From contig OZ287704.1 of assembly GCA_965649825.1 (NCBI GenBank), positions 112,101-176,100 on the forward strand: a stretch of 64,000 nucleotides of DNA, given 5' to 3'. The DNA is from Penicillus capitatus. Taxonomy: Eukaryota > Plantae > Chlorophyta. This document shows, in pieces, positions 40,059-52,210 of the stretch (position 1 is its first letter; each line of letters begins with the position of its first letter). Made by a program: the position numbers and the translations under genes. The notes below the pieces were generated by a model. The model made no database searches. It had not been told where the DNA came from and saw only the letters and a list, made by a program, of their open reading frames with translations.

Positions 40059-43000
40059 CTACATAGGGTTGGAGCGTAGAAGATCGGTGTAGGGCAATGG
40101 TTTCGTCGAATCGGGGAACATCAGGATTTCGGGCAGATGTCTGGTGAAATCTTTCACGGCCACGGTGTTCTTCCTCCCGCCGTTCGTTCCAACGATAAAC
40201 GTTCGTTCCTTGGGAATGCCGACTTTCTCATACGCCTTAATGTCTGTTCCTGTATTGCCGTAAGCTGCATAGAGCTCCAGTCCTTTGGATTTGAGTTCTT
40301 CCATGTACTTAATCTTGAAATGTCCAACGGAGACGTAAACGGGCAGCGTCGGAAGATGTGTGCGTGTCAAGTGAATGGGTCCTGGAGGATAGCCATGCTT
40401 AATGAGCCAGTCCAGCGTCATATTGTATGCAGAACCTTGACGCCCACTCAGATAAACAACTTGATATCCTTTGGCGGCCCATGCACGAACACACATCAAG
40501 GCATTCGTCCGTGCACGGATATCGTAGCTTCGGCCAATTCCTGAACCAATCACTGTCGAAACGGAGACGGAATCCAGAATCGTCTGTGCCACCACGTGGA
40601 CGTCACTTGTCGTGATGGTACCATCCAAGTCAAAAACGACACACTTGGTGCCTTTCTCCAAGAGAAAGAGGGAGCCATGACCGAATGTATTATCATCCGG
40701 GAGCATGGCCATAACGTTGTAGTGTCCCGGAACGCATTCCATCGATCGCGGAACAGGATGCACCAACCGTCCATGTTTGCTAGTCCTATGCTCTCCCATA
40801 TATATGGTGCTCAGTCCAGAATATCCGCGCGTCGAAGAATTGTCGACTCTCCTGGCAAAGAGATGGACACCACGTTGCGATGCAGGACGGTAAGCGCCGT
40901 ATTCAAACTTTCCGTTGATGCACGGCCTTGTCGGCCGTTCTCGTTTAGACTCTTGAATCTTCATCATTCCTGCAATCTTCTTGACGATAACACACTGTGT
41001 CGGCGGCGAACTTTTGCTGCTGCTCGCCTTGACGGACGTCAACTGATCTTTGTGTAGAGTTGGAGAGGCTGGAAGCGAAGCCGTTTCCGTTTCGGAGGAG
41101 ACAGAACTCTCATCGGAATCCTCTTCTTTGATGAGCTCCTCCGGAGTTTGATCGTAGTCATAGTTCACTTCTTCGTCCAGGACACTGGATGAGGCACCTT
41201 CCGATCGCTCCGACATTGTTAAAGCGTTCTGCCAGTTTTCGACACCCAGACTCCCAAAAGATGCTCTGGTCAAGGAGGACCCTACGGAATCGAACTCCTA
41301 AACGACAATTATCAGAGAAACGGCAAAGAGCGTTCGTATGATCCGACCTCGAGCTTCGACCAATCTGCTGTTCCCGCTGTCATTTGGAGGAGTTCTGCAG
41401 ATGAGAGGGCGGGTTGATCATCGTCTTCTTCGCGGATGGCCTCTTTGACCTTAAAGGTAGTAGGAAGGGCATCGAGTTCCTGTGACTTCCCCTCCAAGTC
41501 ATACACAGCGATGGAGCTCGATTGGTTTCGTTCTCGACGCAAGGCCTCACGGACAATATCTGCGAAATCTGGTGCGGTACACCAGACGTTATCATGAGCA
41601 CAGAGCCAGTGGTTCACTTTCCACAGACGCTCGACAGCTTGACTCGGTCTGTTAGAAGAATGTCTTAGAAAAAAGAGTGAGAACGTGTGAGACTTGCGTT
41701 GTTCCTCTGATCTTGCGGGATGGCATGATCAAAATCTCGGGTCCAGTATAGCCGCCATAATCGACAGTATCCCGCATCCATTGGTAACCAACCGTCATGT
41801 TCATCTTCCCCATCACTTCTCCAGACGCCGACTTTATGTCTTCATCACGATCAGCTGTCCCCTGAGCAAAGGACTGTAGCAGAATAGTCACCTATCATTC
41901 TCACTCTTTATCGGTCTGCATATACATCCTAACGTTTGTTTACCCTCCCTATGATACGCACGGCAAATTCTAAACTCTGCAGCACTTCTATGATCAGGAC
42001 AGAGTTGCTTCGAAGGGCGACGTTAACAAAAGTGGCGTTGTGATTGTATCGGATAATGTGATCTTTGTCTTTGAATCCTGGAACGTTGCTGCTGGTATCT
42101 CCATCAAATTTCGTCCGGAGTAGTGCTGTTCTAACTAGACCACCACAGCAGAGTCGCCGTCGTCTGCATTGCTCCATTCTGGTCCACAAACCTCCGGACA
42201 AGTGATGAATGGTGTTGACGCGAACGATGAGCAATCCGATGAATGGAGCAGCATCAGGCCACTTCATCTGCCAACGAAACAACATACCACCATGACGCAC
42301 GCACAAACAGAACACGATACTTCCAAGTTCATTTTATCCAGCGTTTGCAGAGATTCAAACAGGGAACGCGCCTTGTAGCGCCGAAAGGCAGCCTGCAGAG
42401 AAGAGACATGGCCTTACAGTTAACCTCTGGTCGACGAAATGCATCATGCCTGGATTTTTACAACGGCTCTTTCGTCCTGATGGGGTTTTCTTTGCACCTC
42501 CAATGTGTCACCATCGGGTCCTGGCTCGAGGCCTACTTGAACAACCTACCACCACCGACGCGTACAAAAGTGAAGAGTAAAGTCAGGAGTGCTGTCGGCG
42601 TACCTGGCTATTACCAATTTGGACCTTGGCCGGTGCAACATACGGAACGCTATCGTTCAGAGACGTGTCGCGGAATGAGGGGAATCTGTTCAGTTTGAAG
42701 AAATTGCGTAAAGATTTTGGGACAGCTTTGAAAAAACGCTCTCTCTTTGAGCGGCGCGTTTGAGGTTGTTCGGTACTCCCCTGGTGAGATGACATCGCGA
42801 GGAAGAAGCACTGCAAGCGCTAGCGAACAGATGAGAGAACGAGAAAGGATGACAAAACACTCTCCTAATTTGACGTTTAAATACGATGGTAGCTGAATCA
42901 ACCGTAACCGTACGTACCGTCGTCGAAGCTTCTCAGGACACCGGGTGATAGACATGTACTTATCTGAAAGCCACAGAAAACCGTCCATAGGAGAACCGCT

Positions 43001-43400
43001 TTCTGTCTCGACGCATGCAAGGCAGTTGGAGTGAGTGCTATCAGTTGTGTGAACAGATGTGTGATGACAAGCTGTCAGAGTTTTGCCCTTCAACGGCGAA
43101 GCTCACAGGTGACTCTCGAAGATGCTGAAGAAAAAGGCCATCGGTATGGGAGTCGAAAGGGTTAGGGTCGTTCAAGAGTAGTACTGAAACTCAAAAACAG
43201 CACCAGCCGTTCTCACACACCCCGCCTTGCCTGTAATGTTTACCCAGTCATGGATGAAACGCATTCGGAACGCAGCTGACAAGGGCAATGCCAACCCAAG
43301 GTGTAACAAGGGAGGACTGGAATGTACATGGCTGCTCTCCTGTACATAGAGTTCCCTCATCTGTTGTGATAGGACGATGGCTGTTCTGGATGGCGCATGA
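40059..43400 (-). CDS. LNS2/SMP2 (lipin-like HAD) domain protein with upstream IQ motif and C2-like domain; 5' extent uncertain
   Basis: Last exon VVFDLDGTIT...VVYLSGRQ...PPGPIHL...YAAYGNTGTDIKAY is LNS2-like. Upstream exons give AVVKIQ|AAFRRYKAR (IQ motif, across GC-AG intron 42449-42393) and GLLIVRVNTIHHL...SVLIIEV (C2-like). Confidence 0.75.
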
Positions 43401-45505
43401 TCTGAATCCTTTTCCAGATCTGACTATCTGCAAAGGTCGTGGATCAATAAAGCTGTCCAGATTTGGAGCTTTTCAGAGAGATGTCTTCTCTCCTGGGCAG
43501 TGCGAAGAAGCCTCCTTCCTGTTCTGCCGCTTTGCCATCAGACTTTTCACAAGTCGATGAGTATTTACTGTGTCTTCTTAGAAACATTTGAGCGTCGGCG
43601 CGCTCTGCTTAAAAGAAGTTTTATCAATCGAGACACAGAGGGTGGTATTGATTCCAAAGCCTCCGCATTCATAGCGTCGGTCGGTTATCGAAAACAGATA
43701 GATACCTGATCGCATCGCATCGTTTGTTTTCCTCCGATCGTGTATCGACATTCATTTGAGGATTGAGTGTTTTCGAACGCAATGTATTTTCTAAGAAGAC
43801 GCTCCGTTCGGAAAAGAAGGTCGCCGATCGAAGTCAAAATGAAATTCGCCCATCCAATGCAGCAATTGTCGCCTCCTTCTCTTCGTGCGATGTCTATGAT
43901 GTCATAGCGAAGACGACTGACAGCCGTCAGCATCATCCCACGATACACAGGATGCCTCACCTTGGCCAACAGGCGCTGTGTGGATGGATAATGGTCGTGT
44001 GCGTTGCGATATGGGATCTCAGAATCTGTGATCACATGGGGGCGTTATCATCGTGCGACATGCCGTCATTGCATGCCATGTCGATGATCGCTCTGCGAAC
44101 GCCTTTCGTTCCGAAGGCGAATCGACGCGGTTTCGTGTCTAAGAATCGCGAGGGCGGCGGCGCATGACCGTCTGCTTTACTGTGGGTCAAGATCTGTTCA
44201 CTGCTGGCGAGCGATGATCGTCTTGGAAGAAAAGGAGCTTGTGTATGAGGGCAAACTCCTCGAATTTTTTAAGAGTCACATTCATCAGCCTATATCTGTC
44301 ACAGACAACATTTTGTAAAATCTATGGAGCACAAATCACCGAAAGTCATGGCATTGGATCCGCGAGTGCAACTTCCAGCGTTTTTAAGATGAAGATGTCG
44401 TGCTGAACGAATCGAATGCCATCGTAACAGATATGAAGCAACGAAACTACAGTTATTTTATGGCCGGATATCGATCTGTTTATCAGCAGGAAGCATCTAA
44501 ATCGTGTCACAGAAGAAGGAACTGGAAAACCAATATGCTTAACAGCAGATCGATGAAGTTAAAGTCTTATCCACCGACTGGAGCATCAGATCAGCACCGT
44601 GTGCTTCCCGGCAGAGATAACTCTGTGGGATGCACATCTGGCTGCGCAGAAACACGCAGCAACAGACGCATCACTCTCGCTGGTACTGCTCTTTGGCAAC
44701 CGGTGCTGTCTACAAGTGCCACGTTTCGCTAGATGCGATGTTGGCGCCGGTGCTCTTGATTCTAGCAAGGTTTGGAACGAACTTCTAAGACTATCCTAGC
44801 ATCAAATAGCACCTGCGACACGATACGGGCAAGTGCAGATCTTTCTTGTTCGTCCATGAGCTATGTGTATTCAAGAGTTTCCATCTGTGATGAAGACCTC
44901 TCTCCCATACGGGGTTGGTGCCGAACCTGCATACTCATTCATCAGTTTTTTGCAGTCTTGGATCTTCTTTCTTGAGTTTTGAATGACAGTCAGCAACAGA
45001 TGCATTTGGGTGGCAGCAGTATACGATTAAACTGCTTTGTGATCCTCTGAGTCATGCAAATTTAAACCGAGTCGATCGAACAGCTCTAGCAACCTGGACT
45101 GGGATGCATAAGCGACGTTTTATTTTGCGTTTTCGACGCGTTCGTTATCGCGAGCTACATCGTCTACTGTGTCAGTACAATTGCCATAAGTGAATGGCCT
45201 AAACGGCTTAACAGGTGTCTGTACATTTGCCACAAATGAGATGGCCTAAACAGAGAATCCCTCTTTTTATTAAACCAAACGGACAGAATGTAATAGATTC
45301 AGTACTACGTCATCAAGATTGTAAAATCTAGTTTGTACAAGTCCAGCATTTTAGATGCTCGAAGTATAAAAAACTGGCAAAAAGATATGCAGAAATGTCA
45401 TATGATTATTCATGTAGATGTGATTGAAACTGACCCACAACAACTGAAAAGTACGTGATCGGCTGGATAATAGACTGTTTGCTGTCGGTTATCAAATCAA
45501 GGCTG

Positions 45506-45760
45506 TCTGCTGCTGCTGGAGGCTTCATCGATCATAAGTTATCGTCTTCATCACAAACGGTCGAGTGTCGGATCAGAAATGTTGTATGCTGCTGGAGGCT
45601 GCTGGAGGCTTCATCTTAGGTAAGTCATCTTCATCACAAACGGTCGAATGTCGGATCAGAAATGTTGTATGCTGCTGGAGGGTGCTGGAGGCTGCTGGAG
45701 GCTTCATCTTAGGTAAGTCATCTTCGTCACATGCTGTCGAAATGTAGGATCAGAAATGTT
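45506..45760. repeat. Degenerate tandem repeat of about 90 nt (about 3 copies) with internal GCTGGAGG(C/G)T iterations
   Basis: GCTTCATC...AAGT..TCTTCATCACAAACGGTCGA.TGTCGGATCAGAAATGTTG recurs directly. Confidence 0.75.
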
Positions 45761-45764
45761 GTCG

Positions 45765-46760
45765 TCTTCATAGCACGCAGTGGTTTTCATCGGAGGCTCT
45801 CGGATCTCGGATCAGATAGGTAGTCGTCTTCATAGCACGCAGTGGTCTTCATCGGAGGCTCTCGGATCTCGGATCAGATAGGTAGTCGTCTTCATAGCAC
45901 GCAGTGGTCTTCATCGGAGGCTCTCGGATCTCGGATCAGATAGGTAGTCGTCTTCATAGCACGCAGTGGTCTTCATCGAGGTAGTCGTCTTTTTTGCAGG
46001 ATCTCAGATGTCAGATCGAATAGTTTATCTGCTGCTGGAGGCTGCTGTGGGCTTCATCTCGAGTAGTCGTCTTGATCACAAACTGTTGGATGTCGGATCG
46101 AATAGGTTGTCTGCTGCTAGAGGCTGCTGCTGGCTTCATCATTAGGTATTGGACGTTTAATCGCAGGTCCTGGTCTTCATCGATGGCTCTCGGATCTCGT
46201 ATCTGATGGGCAGGGGTCTTCATCAATGGCTCTCGGATGTCTGATCGAATAGTTGATCGTCTTCATCGCAGGCAGTGGTCTTCATCAGAGGTTCTCGGAT
46301 GTCCGATCTGATAGGCAGCTGTCTTCATCGATGGCAGTCGTCTTCATCGAAGGCTCTCGGATGTCCGATCGAATAGTTGATCGTCTTCATCGCAGGCAGT
46401 GGTTATCATTGATGGCTCTCGGATGTCCGATCGAATAGTCGATCGTCTTCATCGCAGGAAGTGGTCTTCATCGGAGGCTCTCGGACGTCCGATCTGATAG
46501 GCAGCTGTCTTCATCGCAGGCAGTGGTTATCATCGAAGGCTCTCGGATCCCGGATCAGATGGGCGGTGGTCTTCATCGCAGGAAGTGGTCTTCATCGAAG
46601 GCTCTCGGATGTCCGATCGAATAGTTGATCGTCTTCATCGCATGTCCTGGTTCTCATCGATGGCTCTCGTATGTCCGATCTGATAGACAGCTGTCTTCAT
46701 CGCAGGATCGCAGATGTCCGATCGAATAGTTTATCTGCCGCTCGAGGCTTCATCACAGGT
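45765..46760. repeat. 62-bp minisatellite array
   Basis: Three near-identical units at 45765-45950. Seven exact-length 62-nt units at 46260-46693, each starting TCTTCATCG. Degenerate related sequence lies between them. Confidence 0.9.
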
Positions 46761-47509
46761 TACTGGAGGCTTGATCGTTGATTGTTGTCTTCATCTTCGC
46801 CCATTGCCGCCACAGACCTGGCTGTCTCATGACCTCTGAAAGAGTCGATGGGTCCAATCTCAACCCCGTCCCTAGAGCCCGGACCCATCAGGTGGATCTA
46901 AAACACAAAATAGTTAGCACACGTGAGAAATAGATGAGAGAGGAACTTACTGCATCAAGAGAGTGATCCCCCAGGCTCCGGAAACAGTCCCACGTGCCAC
47001 TCGACACAGTTGCAACGGCTTTCCACCTTGGGGGCGTCTCTCGGCGAAATAAAAAACGCACCGCGCAGAACGTAGAGAACGCATCGAGATCGAAGCCGGA
47101 CATGCAGAAAGGGAGGAAGAGGAAAAATACAGAAAACAGAAAAGAAAAAAAAAACAGAAAAAACGCAAAGGTAAAAGGCGCGGGTGAGAAAAAAAAAACT
47201 GAAAAAGGGACAGGTCCATGTCCCAGACACAAAACATCACTAAGAAAAAAACGCGCATACGTGTCATGAAGGCACCATCGCATCGAAAAAAAGATGCGAT
47301 GGTGGCATAAAAAACAGTCAATGAACGAAAAAGTAAAAAAAAATAGCGCGCTCGCGAAAGTACCGCAGAAAAAAGATAACCCTGCCCACGGCCAGAATAG
47401 AAAAAAAATAAAAAACGGCCAATAAAAAACGAACGATCGAGCGCGGACCAGAATTCAAAAAGGCCGCAGGCAGGGCTCGCCTCGCTACGCTTGCCCGCGG
47501 AGTACCGAC

Positions 47510-50500
47510 CTACAGCTCCCGGTACTGGACAACGCAGGCGCCCCTCGGCACTGGTTTCACACCCCCCCTGACGCCCTTAAAGTGTCCCGGGCGCCAGCTC
47601 CCCACTAGGGGAAGCTGGTCCTGCAAGCAGATGGCAGTTAGATGCGTGAAAGAACGCATCGAAAGACTTACTTGGCGGGACAGGGTTGAGTGGACCCATC
47701 TTGTCCGTTGAATAGTCGATCTGGCGACAGAGACTTTGACGATGGCTCTATCCCTCCCACCGCCGCGTTCGCCCGTCCAGGTAGCGACAGATCGGGTCTC
47801 CGTCATCGTCGCCTGGTAGAGGAAACATGGTATCTTCCTCGTCGCTGTCGCCGTTTTCCAGCAGCGTTGTCTGCATGTCGTTATCATTCACATCATCATC
47901 TGCCACAGGCGCCGCGTCGCTGATGACGACGGCGTGTCGATCGGTGACGGCGTCGCTTCTCATCAGACCCTCGGGAGCTTCCGGTCCGTCAGTATCAATC
48001 CACTGTCGCTGCAGTCCTGTCTCAGATGTCTGCGGCTCGCCAGCACTGAAGGTCCCCGGCGTGTCGACTCGGACTACTGCCCGGCGTTTCCATTCCTCTT
48101 TTCGGCAGAATGCCAAAACGCTCACTCCATCTCTGACGTGACTCGCTCAGAAAAGCACGAGGAGCGAGTTCTTGAGGTTTTTCGTGCATACGACGCAGGA
48201 GAACGCGGCCATCCATCGAGCTGATGACCCGGAAGACGCAGCACATCCGCCACATACGCTCCCCATTCGAATCCAGGCTTTTGCTGAGCGACAAATGCAC
48301 TCGTCCAGATCCTACTCAGCACACAACACCTTCTCCACGCTACCACCCATAACAAAGACCTCACCGAATGTATCTAGTTCTGAGACGGAGGCCATTCAAA
48401 CTAATTTCTCGAAAGCTCCGCGTCTCTTTGCCATACTAACAGTACGTCGTATAGAATTCAGGCTGCGTCAGATGTTCCTGTAGCACTGTCGAAGAAAGAA
48501 CATGTTGGAACACATCGATCGACGCGGCTTCTTACTGACCTGTTGTGTTACACCTGTTGGCCTTGATGAAGTTCGTTGTCTCGGCATCTGTTGCAAAGCG
48601 CCACCTACGCAACGCGAATGATTGTTCTCGATGCTGTCTTCTGATTCAAGAGCGTCGTTCGAGAAACGCAACCCGTTTTAGGGTTTGCTCACGAACGAAC
48701 ATACCTTGGCGCTCTGCCCTTTGGTTGTCCGGCCTCGTTTCCCACCGACAGGATACTTTTGCATCCGGGGAATCGTCGTAATGTCTGTCTGAGCCGGATG
48801 GACGCAAAACGGACGACCAATCATCTCGTCCAAAGCGACATCGAAAAACGGGGATCCGACGGCGACCATCTGGATCCACCATGGCGCTCCGTCAACCGTC
48901 AGACCACCCTCAAGCGCCATACCACGATGCGGTACCTATTCCACTGTCCTATTCTGAAATCACCTTGTCTATTGATTTGAGGACAGTTTGGTACCTGCAT
49001 GGTCCACTGGGTTCTCCCAGATGCATCATCCTCAGCTGCATCTGTCGATGCAGACGTCAACCGTCCCATGCCTCGCGTCTCCGAGCCCTGGCAGTCCAAT
49101 GAACAGCCGCACCGGGTTCCATTGTCGAGTCCACGACGCCGATGACCCGCCTTCTGAAAAGTGCCTAGTCGATGCCTTTTCAGCCGCGGAGGACGAATTC
49201 CGTCAACTGGCGACCTGCAAGACGCAAACGAAGGGTGGGTAATTTGAACGAATTGCCCACGAGGGCAGGAGGAGAGAATCGACTTACTGTCGAAAGCGTG
49301 CAGACGGAGTGCCGAATGGTTGAAGTCGGCACAGATCTCTTTTAAGCAGATTGCTGTCGGAGGGCGAGTGCGACGAAAAGCAGTGTCTTGGACGGCGGTA
49401 GATGGAAAATCGTAAAGAAGGCGGCGACTGGAAAGCGATTCAGCGGAAAGGGTAAACGTAGCGCGAAACGTCCAAAACTCAAAAGATACTGCGAAAGCAA
49501 TACAACTCAGGAACGTCGATGATTTTTGACGGCAAATGGAAATCGCAACCGTATGTGGGTGGAAGTTGATGATGGCGACGTAATCACCAACGATGAAGCC
49601 GCCATGCAATAAGCAAGCTCTAAGTGTGTCGACTGAAAGGTCTGGCAACACCCAAAGGTCCTGCTATGGAACGGAGTGTCCCATTATCCTGTCGTGTGTG
49701 AAGGAAAGTTACTATTTGAGGATGCAGAAGTGGCGGTTATGAACGGTACATCGGAGGCCGCGTGTAAAAATCGAACTGGATACCAAGCTCTGGAGTGTAT
49801 CAAATCATGTTCTAGAAATCACCCTGCGGACTTACCTATTTCATCCCAGTACTAGTTTGTGACTCACTGTCGAACAAGTATTGAGGAAATGTAATCAATT
49901 GTACTTTTCACCTTCAAGTGGTCAAAGGGCGAGGTAAGAGCCTCCCAAGGATGTCTCCCATCAGAATCATAATCAACGACTTGACAGCACGCCCTGTTAA
50001 TTTCTCGTCTGGATACTCTTCTGGTGATGCGACAATGGCCAACCAACACAGATTGGTTTAAGATGGGATGATTCTGTATCGTGCTGCGAAAAACACATTA
50101 GCATTCAGTTTGCTTAACAGGAGGCATCTGCATCGTGAGATTTGAGACATGTTACCAGTACTTGTGCTGGTTAAGTGTTCTGATGTAAGTCCTCTCTTAC
50201 ATTCGCTGGATGGTCTGTCTCTCTGTATGTGTCGGGTGCACTCATTCGACCCGATGTCAGCTTTGTCTGAGAATCAGGCAGGTGAAGCTCCATCCATTCG
50301 ATCACACTTTATGTGCATGTCTGTCGTTCTCATTCTGCATTAAGCGTCTAAAAAGGTGAAAGAGAAGTCGCCTTCAAGCATCGTTTTCGATGTCCCATGC
50401 GGCATGACAGTACGGTTCTTTTGCTGTGTCGAAGCAAAGTCTCGTCATTCATTTCGCGGTTTAAATCGTCAAGTCTTTCACAAGAGTAAATCCAGCCTGA

Positions 50501-52210
50501 GGTGTCCATCACAATCAACCTAGATCTTCGCACCTTGTATGTCACATTTAACAATGTTTTTGAACTCTCAAAAGTTAGCTGCTACTGAGATTGACATGAA
50601 ACAGTGATCGTTATCCAATCTCGAGGATGAATGGTCCTTCGAGAGGCAGAACTGCTGACTGTGTCGTGATCGAGTACAAAACCCACCGCTACTGGCCGCC
50701 GTTTTTAACAAGAAATGACCAATCTCGGTTAGAGGTCGAGGCATCGAAAGTTCGAAGATGATCCCAGAAGTGTTTTAGAACCTGCTGCTTACCGAAGAGA
50801 CAAGAGGGCATCAGATGGCAGCGACCGCTCCCCAAGCCCTCCTCCAAGAGACATCCAACAAAGATCGACAAAGATCTCAGTGCTTGAACTTGGATGCTGT
50901 TGCTTCCGAGGCCCCTTGTTATTGGCAGCAGTTCCCGGCATTTTCGGCTGTCTATCGACGAAGCCCTGTATGTCAACGATAGTTATCCAGTGCGCTTCTG
51001 ATCACCTACCTGGATAGACAATCTGTTATCTTCTGGGTGTGTCCTTAGGTCGCTTGCTACCCATCGATCACATGACCCATTTCATCTGTCTGCATTGAGA
51101 ATGTGGATGAAGTCACTGCATCGAAAGGACACATTGCTGAGTTGCTTTCAAATTCTCTACTTCGCTGTCGAAACAAAATAAACGTCAGAGGCCTTTGATA
51201 CCTGTCCACTATGTTCATCTGACGAAATATTGCCCGTTTGATCCACCATCGCCACGAACGAACACATGGCTGAATTTCGAAAGGGATGTGCTTTGCGTTC
51301 TCCTCATCCATGTTGTATTCCACCAGTCGTTAAGTTGTCGTTTATGAGAGAGACATTATCGGCGAAGATCCTACTCACTTCTACGGGCGCTTGAAACATC
51401 CAAAGGCAGATGTGCTATAGAAGACAACTAACTCGACAGACATAGTGCATAGATGAGAGTGAGTTCACCGCCGCCCGTTCGCTTCAGAAAAAGACATTTC
51501 CCGCAAGTACGTACGAAGCTTCCGTGGCTTCTCCGCTGTCGTCCGACGAACACCTTCGCCTGATTTCGCAAGGGGCAACATTCGGATCTCTAAAGGATGT
51601 GTTGTCGCAGAAGTTAAGAGGACTCCATGTCCGCAGCGCACACGCGGGTCGTCGTCCCCACAGGCACTGAGAGGATTGCGCTAGAGTGAGCAACCGCGAC
51701 AAGTTTTCACAAGACGGCCCCGAGCCGTTTCTCGCTGCCGTCAATTTAAATCTATGCAGATCGTCAGAACAAGGATTACCAGGGTTCCAATGAACCACGA
51801 CTATTTCCAGTGTTACATCTGAGTCGTGTCTGACACGTTCCTTCCCGGAAAACCCGACTTCTCAGAAAACGCCCAACAGATAGTATCTTACAGATGTCAG
51901 ACCGATCGAGACAGTATTGTATCAGAAACCATGACGTTTTCGACAGGTTGGTAGCAGAGTGCATGCTAAATCAGTCGACAAAAGGGCCATTTGATAGGAC
52001 GAATGCGGACATCCGTGAGGGATGTCTGGAAAATCATTTTTCTCTGTGGACATTAATGGTCTGTCATTCATTGACTGTTCTCCGTGCGTTTTACCTGTGT
52101 CGACCTGTAAGTCGAGACAGAATCGGTTTCTCTTGACGGACGAACGACGACTGGAGCTCATTTTCACGATCCGGTGCAAGCATTCCTCATCACACTCTTT
52201 CATTCCCACG
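47510..52210 (-). pseudogene. Decayed intron-containing coding sequence(s), possibly transposase-related
   Basis: Short introns with GTAAGT/GTATGT/GTAACT donors join protein-like frames (e.g. ELGIQFDFYTRPPMYRS*PPLLHPQI|QDLWVLPDLSVDTLRACLLHGGF...). The frames are broken by several in-frame TAA/TAG/TGA. Confidence 0.5.

Noticed and set aside
45506-46760. CRISPR array
   Set aside because: Whole units are homologous along their length with no unique spacers, the context is eukaryotic, and there are no cas genes.
46888-47321. Hydrophobic or Lys-rich ORFs over the A-rich tracts (also 53849-54462)
   Set aside because: Compositional artefacts of poly-purine/poly-pyrimidine sequence.
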